A stretch of DNA of 63,170 nucleotides, filler included, from Anaerolineae bacterium (GTDB taxonomy: Bacteria; Chloroflexota; Anaerolineae; Epilineales; Epilineaceae), in assembly GCA_029262755.1 (NCBI GenBank). It is 6 parts of 6 records of this genome, joined end to end, with 100 filler letters (N's around TTAATTAATTAA, not from the genome) between each part and the next. Parts side by side here need not be neighbours in the genome. Positions count along the whole stretch, not along the records: positions 1 to 12,103 come from JAJCYU010000402.1; positions 12,204 to 36,586 come from JAJCYU010000403.1; 4 more parts are not named here. The stretch is one strand, 5' to 3'. Within the stretch, counting starts at the first letter, position 1. Every line of letters begins with the position of its first letter. The notes below the pieces were generated by a model. It saw nothing but the letters and a program-made list of their open reading frames with translations. It was not told the origin of the DNA and did not search any database. The position numbers were made by a program, and so were the translations under genes. Shown in pieces: positions 10,490 to 21,330 of the stretch.

Positions 10490-10707
10490 CAGTTCCGGCG
10501 TGCGGCGCTGCGGTCGGTGGCCGAGGCACTTTCCAAGTGCTGGCGAATCGCGGCAAGGTCGTCGGCCGACGTCTCCGCCGCATCCGCGATGCGGTGCAGG
10601 GACTTCTCGAGGCGGCGATTCGACTTCTCAATGCGTTCCAGAGAGCCTATCCCGATCCAGACAAACAGGAAGAACAGGACGGACACGACCGGCAGTAGCC
10701 ATATCAT
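10489..10707 (-). CDS. Small single-TM protein with helical tail
   Basis: AAGGAG RBS at 10718-10723; MIWLLPVVSVLFFLFVWIGIGSLERIEKSNRRLEKSLHRIADAAE. Confidence 0.65.
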   Translation of the reverse strand: MIWLLPVVSVLFFLFVWIGIGSLERIEKSNRRLEKSLHRIADAAETSADDLAAIRQHLESASATDRSAARRN

Positions 10708-10742
10708 GGGCTTCACACTCCTTCGCTTCGCTCGGCCTAGGC

Positions 10743-10952
10743 TCAGTTCGACTGCGAGCCCGAATCACGGTCGCGCGGCCAATGAACTGCGGTTTCGGCA
10801 AGCATCTTGTGGCTTCGCGCGAGCAATGCATGGCTTTCTGCGTGAGATTCCAACGCGCGAACGATGCGCAGTACGATCCAAACGCACCAAACGAGCGCTG
10901 CAACGTACAGAAGTAGGGTAACAAGCGGGATCCACGAGAATGGGGAAAGCAT
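10743..10952 (-). CDS. Small single-TM protein with helical tail
   Basis: AGGAGG RBS 8 nt before ATG; MLSPFSWIPLVTLLLYVAALVWCVWIVLRIVRALESHAE. Confidence 0.65.
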   Translation of the reverse strand: MLSPFSWIPLVTLLLYVAALVWCVWIVLRIVRALESHAESHALLARSHKMLAETAVHWPRDRDSGSQSN

Positions 10953-11089
10953 GTGGTTGGCCTCCTGTGCGTCGCCACGAAGCACAACAACGGGACGTCA
11001 AGTCGGTCTGCGTGGCCCGAAGCGACAAAGATACCGCCGGTTGCCCTTGCTCCGCTAGACTTCGGGGCGATCCAAGCGAGCCAGAGCCC

Positions 11090-12103
11090 ATGTCCATCCT
11101 GAACGCCTACAACCTAGGTATGTCCTTCGGCGCCGTCGACCTGTTCGGCGGCGTCTCCGTGACCGTGCACGAGGGCGATCGCATCGGCCTCGTCGGACCC
11201 AACGGCATCGGCAAGACTACCTTGCTGTTGTCGCTCGTTGGGCAGCAGCGCGCCAGCTCGGGAGCCGTGAACGTCTCCAAGGGCGCTCGGATCGGCTATC
11301 TGCCCCAGGAGGCGGTGCGCGCCTTCGAGGACAAGAAGCGAACGGTCAACGAAGAATTGCTGGCGGCCTTCAAGGATTTGCGGGCCGTCGAGGCGAGCCT
11401 GGCGGACATGGAACGCCAGATGGCCGAGGGCGTGGACGATGACGAGTTGGTGGCGCGCTACGGTGAAGCGCAGGAGCGCTTCGAGCTGGGCGGCGGCTAC
11501 GACTACCACACCCGGATCGCGCAGGTGCTCACCGGACTGTCGCTGGACGGCGAGGTGGCCGACCGCCCGCTCACGCAGCTATCGGGCGGGCAGAAGACCC
11601 GCGTGCTGCTCGGTCGGCGGCTGCTTGAGCGACCGGACCTGCTGGTCCTGGATGAGCCCACGAATCACCTCGATATCGAGGCCGTGGAATGGCTGGAGGG
11701 AATGCTTTCCACGTGGGAGGGCGCGGTGCTCGTGGTCAGCCACGACCGCTACTTCCTCGACCGCGTCGCTTCGACTATCTGGGAGATGGGGCGCTGGGGC
11801 ATCGAGTCCTACCGCGGCAACTACAGTGCCTACACGACGCAGCGCCTGGAACGCTGGGAGCGCCGCGGGAAGCGCTTCGAAGAGATCAAGGCGCGGCTAG
11901 AGAAGGAACTTGACTACATCGTGCGCAACATCGCGGGACAGCGCACAAACCAGGCCAAGGGCAAGTTGGCACGATTGGGGCGCGAGGTCGAGGCGATCCA
12001 CGCCGGCGGTCTCGAGATCGTCGACCGCTTCCAGTGCGTCGGCTGGTTGCAAGCCTCGACCGACCTGTCCATGGAGCGGCCACCGTCCAAGGTCAACGAG
12101 GTG
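11090..12103 (+). CDS. ABC-F family ATP-binding protein (3'-truncated at contig end)
   Basis: GPNGIGKT Walker A, LSGGQKTR signature, LLVLDEPTNHLD Walker B, VSHDRYFLD, YRGNYSAY; no TM. Confidence 0.93.
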
Positions 12104-12203
12104 NNNNNNNNNNNNNNNNNNNNNNNNNNNNNNNNNNNNNNNNNNNNTTAATTAATTAANNNNNNNNNNNNNNNNNNNNNNNNNNNNNNNNNNNNNNNNN
12201 NNN
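12104..12203. other. Artificial contig linker
   Basis: N44-TTAATTAATTAA-N44 (stops in all six frames). Confidence 0.99.
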
Positions 12204-12421
12204 TGGTCGAGTGGGCGGTCGTCACGATCATCCTGCTTCTCGCCGCGGTTGTGCTGTACATCGCCGTCGGCAAGGCGCTCGGCTCCGTGATCTGCTCGGT
12301 GAAGTGCTGGATCGTCTCGGTGACGAACCCGCGCGTTCTGGATGACGTCACCGACCGTGAGTCCGTTTGCACGGAGCGCGACAACTACAACTGCACGGGC
12401 GACCCGAGCAGCGGTAACTAG
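12204..12421 (+). CDS. Flp/Tad type IV pilin-like protein 1 (5'-truncated), with four-Cys C-terminal extension; absent from ORF track
   Basis: VEWAVVTIILLLAAVVLYIAVGKALGSVICSVKC...C...C...GN-TAG; shares VEWAVVT with the next pilin. Confidence 0.8.
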
Positions 12422-12463
12422 TCTGCGATTCCACGGGGCTTGACGGCTCCGGTTGCAAGAGGT

Positions 12464-12499
12464 GACAATGGGCAGGGCCGCACGGTCCTGCCCATTGTC
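12464..12499 (+). terminator. Hairpin downstream of pilin 1
   Basis: GACAATGGGCAGG...CCTGCCCATTGTC 13-bp perfect inverted repeat. Confidence 0.55.
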
Positions 12500-12521
12500 T
12501 TGCCACCAACTTTTCAAGTGG

Positions 12522-12537
12522 TGGCATGAGAATTGCT
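12522..12537 (+). promoter_or_regulatory. Putative sigma-54 (-24/-12) promoter of flp pilin 2
   Basis: TGGCAT-GAGAA-TTGCT matches TGGCAC-N5-TTGCW with exact GG-N10-GC spacing, about 63 nt before the start. Confidence 0.65.
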
Positions 12538-12599
12538 AATTCCTTAGACGGTCGTGAGAACGGCATCGAGACGCCGATATACAGGCGAGTGGAGGAATC

Positions 12600-12794
12600 G
12601 TGATGCTCAAGCGTTTCTGGAATGACGAGTCTGGTCCGGAGCTGGTGGAATGGGCCGTCGTCACCCTAGTCCTATTGGTCGCAACAGTCCTAGTCATGGT
12701 CTCGTTGCGCAATGAAGTGCTCGTGTTCCTGCAGAGTATCTTTACGGTGCTCGAGGCGGAGCCGCCCGACAGCTACATCATCAGCAACCCGTAG
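12600..12794 (+). CDS. flp: Flp/Tad type IV pilin 2
   Basis: GGAGGA RBS; LKRFWNDESG|PELVEW plus hydrophobic helix; 64 aa; next to prepilin peptidase (start may be ATG 12603). Confidence 0.85.
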   Translation: MMLKRFWNDESGPELVEWAVVTLVLLVATVLVMVSLRNEVLVFLQSIFTVLEAEPPDSYIISNP

Positions 12795-12810
12795 GCGACG
12801 TAACCAGCCC

Positions 12811-13404
12811 GTGAGCCTCCTGGTAGGTCTAGACCTCGCAGTCCGTGTCGCGTTGACAGGCTGGATGGCGCTGATCTCCGTTTTGGATCATCGCAACGGC
12901 CTGATTCCGAATCGGCTGACCGCACCGTTTTTCGTCGGCCTCGGACTGTTTCAGGTTCTCTTCGCGGTAATCGTCGTGCGAAGTGTTTTGGATGGACCCG
13001 TCTGGTGGCTGCGGCTGTTGTTTATTGTGCTGGCATTCACGATCACGTTCGGGTTGTGGACATTGCACTTCATCGGCGGCGGCGATGCCAAGTTCCTCAT
13101 GGCGTTGTTTGCTTTGTTTCCGGCGATGGAATGGGTGGTTTTGCTGGCACTGCTCTTGCTTGTACTTACGTTGCCGCTGCTGCTGTGGGAAATGCGCCAT
13201 CGGCGGCCCGGCGAGATCTGGCGCAGCTTTCGAGATCGGTTGCTGACCGGCCAGTTCCTGCCTTCCGAAGCGGATCTCCATGAGCGGGGCAGACGGTACG
13301 CCTGGACCTTTGGAGTGCCCGCCATGATTTACACCTGGGCATATTGGGATGGCATCGCGCCCTACGTTGATCAATTCGAGCGCTTCCTGCAGGGAGTCGT
13401 GTGA
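12811..13404 (+). CDS. Prepilin peptidase, A24 family (TadV/CpaA-like)
   Basis: Two catalytic Asp motifs, VLDHRNGLIPN and IGGGDAK; multi-TM. Confidence 0.9.
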   Translation: MSLLVGLDLAVRVALTGWMALISVLDHRNGLIPNRLTAPFFVGLGLFQVLFAVIVVRSVLDGPVWWLRLLFIVLAFTITFGLWTLHFIGGGDAKFLMALFALFPAMEWVVLLALLLLVLTLPLLLWEMRHRRPGEIWRSFRDRLLTGQFLPSEADLHERGRRYAWTFGVPAMIYTWAYWDGIAPYVDQFERFLQGVV

Positions 13405-13405
13405 C

Positions 13406-13921
13406 ATGAATCAAACGAAATCCACCGATCTGCGAAAGCGATTGCGCATTTGGCGCTTCGATCAACGATTGCGCTGGGACCTCCTGCGCGATCGCTTCCA
13501 TTCGGATCGTCGGGGTGGAACCGCGGTACAGGCCATCTTGGTGCTACCGATCTTCCTAGTGGTCATGGTCACGTTGATCATTTTGTGGGAGGTCGTGTTG
13601 GTGCGACGATCGTTGCATGTCGGTACCTATGAGGCGACCCGTTTCTTGTCGTTGTATCCGACCTATACGCCGGAACGAACCGTGTGGAATGACATCGCCA
13701 AGCGTATGGTCGCCAACGAGCTCAACAACAATCCTTTCTTGGACCGGCAGGACATGCTTGGCAACCGGCTAAACGTAACCGTGGATATTCAGGACATCGA
13801 GTGCAAGGCGCGTTTCACGGTCGACGTGGTGTATCAATACCAGATCCCGACGGTTGATCCCTTCCCCGGTCCATTCCTCAATCTGCAGGAGAGCATCGAA
13901 GGGGAGATCCTGTGCAACTGA
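13406..13921 (+). CDS. TadE/TadG-like pseudopilin 1
   Basis: DRRG|GTAVQAILVLPIFL, TM helix, GTYEATRFL. Confidence 0.85.
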   Translation: MNQTKSTDLRKRLRIWRFDQRLRWDLLRDRFHSDRRGGTAVQAILVLPIFLVVMVTLIILWEVVLVRRSLHVGTYEATRFLSLYPTYTPERTVWNDIAKRMVANELNNNPFLDRQDMLGNRLNVTVDIQDIECKARFTVDVVYQYQIPTVDPFPGPFLNLQESIEGEILCN

Positions 13922-14676
13922 GAATCCGATCGTCCGAGACTTCTTCACGGTCCTGCGCTGCCCTGTGGCGTGATCTTCGGGGTGCGTCTCTCGTTCAATT
14001 CGTTGCGATCCTCCCTGTCTTTATCGTCATGATCTACGGTGCCTACGCAGCGTACGTCGTGATGACGGCCCATCACACGCTCTGTGATGCAGCGTGGCAG
14101 GCAACGCGCTATTTGCAGGTGGAGGGCCCGCGGTTCCCCGAAGAGTACTTATATCCGGACGATTGGGAGCGCGTCGCGTTGGACATTGCGGTAGACGCCA
14201 CAGCGGCGCAGCGGTCGCTGCGGGACCAGCAGTGGGAGCGCAGCAACATTCGGATCATGCCTCAGAATCGGAAACCCGTTGCGCCTAGCAATCCCGAAGA
14301 GGTTGAAGTAAATCGGATACCGGACTACCACTTCACGGTTCGTGTGACCCAAAGCGTTACCAATCCGTTGGGCGTGTTGTTTCCGCGGCCTATTGGTTCC
14401 ACGGACCCCAACGATCCGGACGCACCGCCCTTCGCCGATCTGGGTCCTCGCGAGCCAACGATCGAGTTGACCTGCCAGTACAGTGGCTTTTTCGAGGGAG
14501 CTCCGTTCCGACCTACCGTAGAGCCGGGCAGCGATACCGATCCCTTCTGTGAGCAATGCCCGAGCATCCGGTTACCCAATTGCACGCCAGGTCCTGGCCC
14601 AACACCTTGTCCCGGCGGTCCGAGCAACCCGGCTTGTCCGACGCCGCGCGTCTGTCCCGTCTGTTGCCCACGCTAG
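13912..14676 (+). CDS. TadE/TadG-like pseudopilin 2 with Cys/Pro-rich tail
   Basis: DLRG|ASLVQFVAILPVFI, AAWQATRYL. Confidence 0.85.
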   Translation: MQLRIRSSETSSRSCAALWRDLRGASLVQFVAILPVFIVMIYGAYAAYVVMTAHHTLCDAAWQATRYLQVEGPRFPEEYLYPDDWERVALDIAVDATAAQRSLRDQQWERSNIRIMPQNRKPVAPSNPEEVEVNRIPDYHFTVRVTQSVTNPLGVLFPRPIGSTDPNDPDAPPFADLGPREPTIELTCQYSGFFEGAPFRPTVEPGSDTDPFCEQCPSIRLPNCTPGPGPTPCPGGPSNPACPTPRVCPVCCPR

Positions 14677-14700
14677 CCAGGTACTTTTCGGAGACGAACC

Positions 14701-15555
14701 ATGAGATCGAATCCCATTTCTCGTACCGGCTGGTTCCGCTGGGTGCCTCGCTTGCGCCGTCGATGGCGTGACGATGAGCGTGGCACGTCTACGGTCACGA
14801 CAGCCGTCACGCTACCACTGTACATTGTGCTCCTCATCGGTTTCTTCTACTTGCTGATGCTGCTGACGATCAAGTGGCAGCTCAATCAAGGTACCCGCGA
14901 GGCGGCGCAACACCTCTCGGAGATCGGTCGCTATTGGGTCATTTCGGGCACCCAGATGATGGACCCCTTCGATCCGGGCGAGTTCATTACCGGAAGCATG
15001 GAGTTCATTCCGGAAGACATGTACGAGATTGAAGCGCGGCGGATCATCGGCAGCCGGCTGAAGGACTTGCAGCTCTACACGGAGCCTTTGCTGGACGAAC
15101 TGCTCTTTATCACGGTGACCGAGCCAGCGCTTGCGGCGGGGCCGAATTCACCGGCGCCCTTCATGGGAGACCAGTACGGCATCACGGATCAAGAGCCGGG
15201 CGTTGTGTGTAGCTACAAGGTGCGCAAGGAGCAGCAGCCGGAACCGGGCGAGTTTCTCCATCATGGCAACATTCGCTTCCTCGTTCAGGCGTCGTTTCAA
15301 GCACCGTGGACGATCATTCTTCCGTTCACGGATACACGAAAGGTCACATTGCGCGACCGCGCGAGCGGCTACATTCAATGCCCTCGGTGGACGGGCCAAC
15401 TCGAACTCGGCGAGGGCGACAAGGCATTTTGGCTCGCCGCCGAAGGACCGCACATCCCGTTCCGGCATTTCTCGACGCCATCGTGGCCGACCGTGACGCC
15501 TATGCCGACACCGACCGATCTGCCGCCGCCGCCCGCAACGATGCCGGTGCCGTAG
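14701..15555 (+). CDS. TadE/TadG-like pseudopilin 3
   Basis: DERG|TSTVTTAVTLPLYI, GTREAAQHL; Pro/Thr tail. Confidence 0.82.
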   Translation: MRSNPISRTGWFRWVPRLRRRWRDDERGTSTVTTAVTLPLYIVLLIGFFYLLMLLTIKWQLNQGTREAAQHLSEIGRYWVISGTQMMDPFDPGEFITGSMEFIPEDMYEIEARRIIGSRLKDLQLYTEPLLDELLFITVTEPALAAGPNSPAPFMGDQYGITDQEPGVVCSYKVRKEQQPEPGEFLHHGNIRFLVQASFQAPWTIILPFTDTRKVTLRDRASGYIQCPRWTGQLELGEGDKAFWLAAEGPHIPFRHFSTPSWPTVTPMPTPTDLPPPPATMPVP

Positions 15556-15605
15556 GCGGGTTCGATTCGCACGCCCGAATCAGGGCGCATTCGAGAGAAT
15601 TCTAT

Positions 15606-15639
15606 GGGGCGCGTCCTTCGCAAGGACGCGCCCCTTTTT
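15606..15639 (+). terminator. Rho-independent terminator closing the pilin operon
   Basis: GGGGCGCGTCCTT-cgc-AAGGACGCGCCCC-TTTTT. Confidence 0.85.
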
Positions 15640-15657
15640 CTCGTTTTCATGCCGAAC

Positions 15658-15686
15658 CTGACGCCCGCCCGGGCACTGGCTATAAT
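15658..15686 (+). promoter_or_regulatory. Sigma-70-type promoter of the ferredoxin gene
   Basis: CTGACG-17 nt-TATAAT. Confidence 0.65.
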
Positions 15687-15765
15687 CGGCGCGTCCGCGC
15701 GCTGCGTCGGACGGTTCCGATGCCACCTCGGTGGCCTGGCTACGTCAGGGAAGGACGAACCGCCC

Positions 15766-16062
15766 ATGACCTACGTAATTACAACGTTGTGCACGCGCGA
15801 AGGCGATTGCGTCGACGTGTGTCCCGTCAACTGTATTATTCCGGGCCATCCGGAAGAAGAGTGGCCGCTCTTCTATATCGACCCCGACATCTGCATCGAT
15901 TGCGGCGCATGCGTCCCGGTATGCCCGCCCGAGGCGATCTTCCCCGAGTTGGATGTGCCGGACGAGCATGAGGCCGACACGGATCTCAACCGGCGCTTCT
16001 TCCAAGGCGGGCCGGGCTACCAAGCCGGTGTCACGCTCTACGAGTTGGGTAGGACCAAGTAG
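15766..16062 (+). CDS. Dicluster (7Fe-type, FdxA-like) ferredoxin
   Basis: MTYVITTLC...CVDVCPVNCI...YIDPDICIDCGACVPVCPPEAI. Confidence 0.93.
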   Translation: MTYVITTLCTREGDCVDVCPVNCIIPGHPEEEWPLFYIDPDICIDCGACVPVCPPEAIFPELDVPDEHEADTDLNRRFFQGGPGYQAGVTLYELGRTK

Positions 16063-16114
16063 CCCACCTCGGATAGCCGCTGCCAATCACCGGGACGGTA
16101 GAGGAGGCGCGCGC

Positions 16115-17035
16115 GTGCGCAAGGCCAAATTCATTCAAGCCGACGTGTTTTCGGATAGTCCCTTCGGGGGCAATCCGGTCGTTGTCGTGCCCGATCCCGG
16201 TACGATGTCCTCCGATCAGATGCAGCGCGTCGCGCGAGGCATGACGATCGCGGAGACGTCCTTCGTCGTGCCGCCGACGGATGCGCTCGCGCATTTCGCG
16301 CTGCGTTGTTACACGCCGACCACCGAAGTGGTGTATTCAGGCCATCAGTTGCTCGGGACCGCCTACGTGTTGGCGGAGGAAGGCCGCATCGACCTTGCCG
16401 CCGATACGACCGAGATCAATGTGCAGATCGGTGATTCCGTGCGTCCCGTCACCCTCCATTCCGAGGGTGGACGCATTACGCGTGTTTCGACCCTTGCACG
16501 GCCCGCAGAATTCGTGCGCGACCTAGCGCCGGGTCACTACAGCGCGCTCGCCGCCGCGCTCTCTATCGACCCGATGGAGGTGCTGCACGCCGGATTGCCC
16601 GTGCAACTGGTTCGCACCGGCCTGGCCTGCCTGATCGTACCGGTCGACTCTATGTACACGGTGCGATCACTCATGCCGGTCGGACAGTCGTTGGATGACC
16701 TTCTGCATGACTTGGGGGGAGAATGCCTGCTGGCGTTCTCGCGCGACACGCTCGCGCCCGGCAATGACGTCCATGTGCGCGTTTTCGCGCCACCGCTCGG
16801 TGTCGAAGAAGATCCGGCCACCGGTGCCGCCAACGGAGCGCTCGCCGCGTACTTGCTCCGGCACGGCGCGATCGAAGCCAACGAACAGGGCATCGTTGGC
16901 TTGCGCTGCGAGCAAGGGAGCGAGATGGGTCGGCCGAGCTTGATCGAAATCGAGGTCGATGCCAACACGCGCCCAGCCAGGGTACGTGTAGGTGGGCGCG
17001 TGGCGCGCAGCATTGAGGGCACGGTGTTTTACTAA
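16115..17035 (+). CDS. PhzF family isomerase
   Basis: GAGGAGG RBS; DVFSDSPFGGNP, AETSF, TPTTEV..SGH, EEDPATG, EQGSEMGRPS. Confidence 0.92.
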   Translation: MRKAKFIQADVFSDSPFGGNPVVVVPDPGTMSSDQMQRVARGMTIAETSFVVPPTDALAHFALRCYTPTTEVVYSGHQLLGTAYVLAEEGRIDLAADTTEINVQIGDSVRPVTLHSEGGRITRVSTLARPAEFVRDLAPGHYSALAAALSIDPMEVLHAGLPVQLVRTGLACLIVPVDSMYTVRSLMPVGQSLDDLLHDLGGECLLAFSRDTLAPGNDVHVRVFAPPLGVEEDPATGAANGALAAYLLRHGAIEANEQGIVGLRCEQGSEMGRPSLIEIEVDANTRPARVRVGGRVARSIEGTVFY

Positions 17036-17286
17036 GGACGCGCCCGAAGGCCGACGTTGCACCGTACCCCCCTGAGCTGTCGATGGTTACTCGGGGCTCG
17101 ATCTTCCCTCGCGATTTTCGGCCGCGGTGTTGTGCTCGATGCATCTTTGCTGCGCGGCGATTCGCGTTGCTCTGTACATGCCCGCGGAAGGCAGCGACGC
17201 CGCGTTCCGCGGTTTGGTAGGAATCCAAAGACCCTGATGGAGTTCCGCTCCACATCGAAGCGCGGTACGGCCACAGATATCCATGA

Positions 17287-18792
<1,506 letters not shown>

Positions 18793-18980
18793 TAGTCCAA
18801 TCAGCTCTGAGCAAGAAGAGGTGCGGCCGCCGCACGGCCTCAAGCTCGAGAGGCAATTGTCGCGCTACTTGCGGTCTGTAGCAGCGGCAACGCGGCCGAT
18901 CGATTCCAGCGACGGATTGATTCCCGTTGCCATGTGTGGGACGATGCGGTTCCCCACCTCCTAGAAGGATGCGCACGCGC

Positions 18981-20237
18981 ATGGCTGTCGACCTGCTCCT
19001 GACCCACGCCGTTGTTGCGACGATCGACGGCGAGGGTGTTGGACCGCTCGTGGGACCGCGCCAGGGCGAGGTCGGCCTGATCACCGCCGGCGCTCTCGCC
19101 ATATCGGACGGCCGGATCGCGGCGGTTGGCCCGCATGAAGAGGTCCTGCGCTACGCCGAACAACATGGCGGCGCGGAGCAGAGCGTTGACCTCGGTGGTC
19201 GTCTGGTGACGCCGGGTCTCGTCGATCCCCATACGCATCTGGTGTGGGCCGGTAGCCGCGCTGAGGAATTCGAGCGTCGAGTCGCGGGGGCAAGCTATCT
19301 CGAGATCGCCGCGGCAGGTGGTGGCATCATGAGTTCCGTACGAGCCACGCGAGAGGCCTCGATCGGAACACTCGTGGACGACCTCGTTGCGCGGCTGAAT
19401 GTCGAGATGAGCCACGGCGTGACGACGGTCGAGGTGAAGAGCGGCTATGGGCTCGACCTGGAAACGGAATTGCGCCAGCTGGATGCCATTGACGAGGCGG
19501 ACCGGCGCCATCCCGTGCGCCTCGTTCCCACGTTTCTCGGCGCCCACGCTATCCCGCCCGAATTCGCGGAGCGACGGAGCGAGTTCGTGGAGCTCGTCGT
19601 CGAGGAGATGATTCCTCGTGTGGCGGCTCGACGGCCGCAACCGTTCTGCGATGTCTTCTGCGATGCCGGCGCGTTTACGCAGTCGGAGGCGGAGCACATC
19701 TTGCGTGCAGCCGTGAGCGCCGGGATGCCGATCAAGGCACACGTCGACGAGTTCGCCCGATTGGGGCTTACGCCCATTGCGGCGAAGTTGGGCGCGACGA
19801 GCTGCGACCACCTCATGCAGGCGGAGGACGCGGATCGAGCTGCTATGGCAACGTCCGGCACGGTGGCCGTGTTGTTGCCCGGCACCACGGTCGGGCTCGG
19901 CGCAACCCACTTTGCGGACGGCGCGGCTCTGGTCGCGGCTGGGACGGCCGTGGCGCTGGCGACGGACTGGAATCCCGGCTCATCGCCCTGCGACAGCTTG
20001 CCCTTGATCATGGCCCTTGCGAGCCGCTATTGCGGGCTGACGCCCGCCGAGACCCTCGTTGCCGTCACACGAAACGCCGCGTGTGCGATCGGCGCCGGCG
20101 ACGTGGCGGGTAGGCTCGCCGTTGGGTGCCCGGCGGACCTAACGGTCATGCGGACGGACGACTTGCGAGACCTGGCATATCGATTCGGCAGCAGCCCCGC
20201 CGAGCGGGTCATGATTGCAGGCACCTGGGTGGTCTAA
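18981..20237 (+). CDS. hutI: Imidazolonepropionase
   Basis: PGLVDPHTHLVWAGSR, GGGIMSSV, EVKSGYGL, TFLGAH, ALATDWNPGS; start may be 18969. Confidence 0.93.
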   Translation: MAVDLLLTHAVVATIDGEGVGPLVGPRQGEVGLITAGALAISDGRIAAVGPHEEVLRYAEQHGGAEQSVDLGGRLVTPGLVDPHTHLVWAGSRAEEFERRVAGASYLEIAAAGGGIMSSVRATREASIGTLVDDLVARLNVEMSHGVTTVEVKSGYGLDLETELRQLDAIDEADRRHPVRLVPTFLGAHAIPPEFAERRSEFVELVVEEMIPRVAARRPQPFCDVFCDAGAFTQSEAEHILRAAVSAGMPIKAHVDEFARLGLTPIAAKLGATSCDHLMQAEDADRAAMATSGTVAVLLPGTTVGLGATHFADGAALVAAGTAVALATDWNPGSSPCDSLPLIMALASRYCGLTPAETLVAVTRNAACAIGAGDVAGRLAVGCPADLTVMRTDDLRDLAYRFGSSPAERVMIAGTWVV

Positions 20238-20273
20238 GCCACCGGCGCACCGACGAACGTGAACGCTAGCGGC

Positions 20274-20393
20274 CTAGGAGCTGATCAACACACTGAGGAA
20301 CAACGAGACCACCATGCTGACCGAAACGAGCACGCCTACGACCAGCATGACCTTCTCGCTGCGATTGAGTTTCTTCTTACGACGCTTCGCCAT
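20274..20393 (-). CDS. 39-aa basic single-TM small protein
   Basis: AGGAG RBS 7 nt before ATG; MAKRRKKKLNRSEKVMLVVGVLVSVSMVVSLFLSVLISS. Confidence 0.65.
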   Translation of the reverse strand: MAKRRKKKLNRSEKVMLVVGVLVSVSMVVSLFLSVLISS

Positions 20394-20543
20394 GAGGAGA
20401 CTCCTGGGCAACACGGCGGCACGGTGTGCCACCGCAACGGGCAATAGGGAATCCATCAATTCTAGAGCAAGGTGCAATGTGCGCAAGGCACCGCGCGACC
20501 GAACGGTCCGGCTTGCGTACAGCAAGCCAAGGAGATCGATGCC

Positions 20544-21158
20544 ATGAGCTTGAATCCGAACGAATGGGGCTTGACCGGATTGGACTGCGTGTACTTCGCA
20601 GCCATGGCGGCCGGCGTGCTGTACGCGTTGATCGTGCTCCTGGGCGGGGTCGCGGGCGACATGGACCTCTCCGTCGATTTGGATGCGGACCTAGGCGTTG
20701 ACATAGGCGATCTGTCCGGTGATCACGATCTCGCTGCGCTGAGCCCGATGGCTATCGCGGGCTTCATCACCGGTTTCGGCGCCTCGGGTGTGGTCGCGCG
20801 ATCCATGTTGGAGGCTTCCGCCGGCGGCAGCCTGCTCGCGGCTGTGGTCGGGGGCGGTCTTGTCGGCCTCGTCGCACAGCTGATCTTTGTCTACGTGTTC
20901 ATCAAGCCGCAGGGCTCCAGCGAGTACACGAGAGCGGACATCGTCGGAACGACCGCTGAGGTCATCACGCCGATTCCCGTCGGAAGCGTCGGCGAGGTCG
21001 CGCTCGTTGCGCAGGGCGCTCGGGTTGCGCTCACGGCCCGCTCACTGCACGGCGACGCGATCGCTCGCGGTTCCGTCGTCGTCGTGCGCGATCAGGTCGG
21101 CAGCGTCGTGGCCGTCGAGCCCCTCGGGCGCGAGAAGGAGTCGACGAACCCGTCGTAA
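20544..21158 (+). CDS. Short NfeD-like membrane protein (YuaF-like)
   Basis: AAGGAG RBS; TM helices, FITGFG, C-terminal OB-fold GTTAEVITPIP...GEV; precedes flotillin. Confidence 0.85.
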   Translation: MSLNPNEWGLTGLDCVYFAAMAAGVLYALIVLLGGVAGDMDLSVDLDADLGVDIGDLSGDHDLAALSPMAIAGFITGFGASGVVARSMLEASAGGSLLAAVVGGGLVGLVAQLIFVYVFIKPQGSSEYTRADIVGTTAEVITPIPVGSVGEVALVAQGARVALTARSLHGDAIARGSVVVVRDQVGSVVAVEPLGREKESTNPS

Positions 21159-21330
21159 ATGGGGGCGCAAGACTCGAGTATCGTGCGGCTCCGCCTGCGC
21201 AGCGCCCCACATCGATCGTCGATGCAGGAGCACGAGCACGAGCTTGGATTGCTCGATCATCTCAGCAGGGCCTGTCCGAACCACCCATCCCCGTCGCATT
21301 CAAAGGCCGTTGGACATAGGAGTCTCGACC

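Noticed and set aside
14548..14676. Heme-binding (nanowire-like) pilin
   Set aside because: The CxxC motifs are not followed by His
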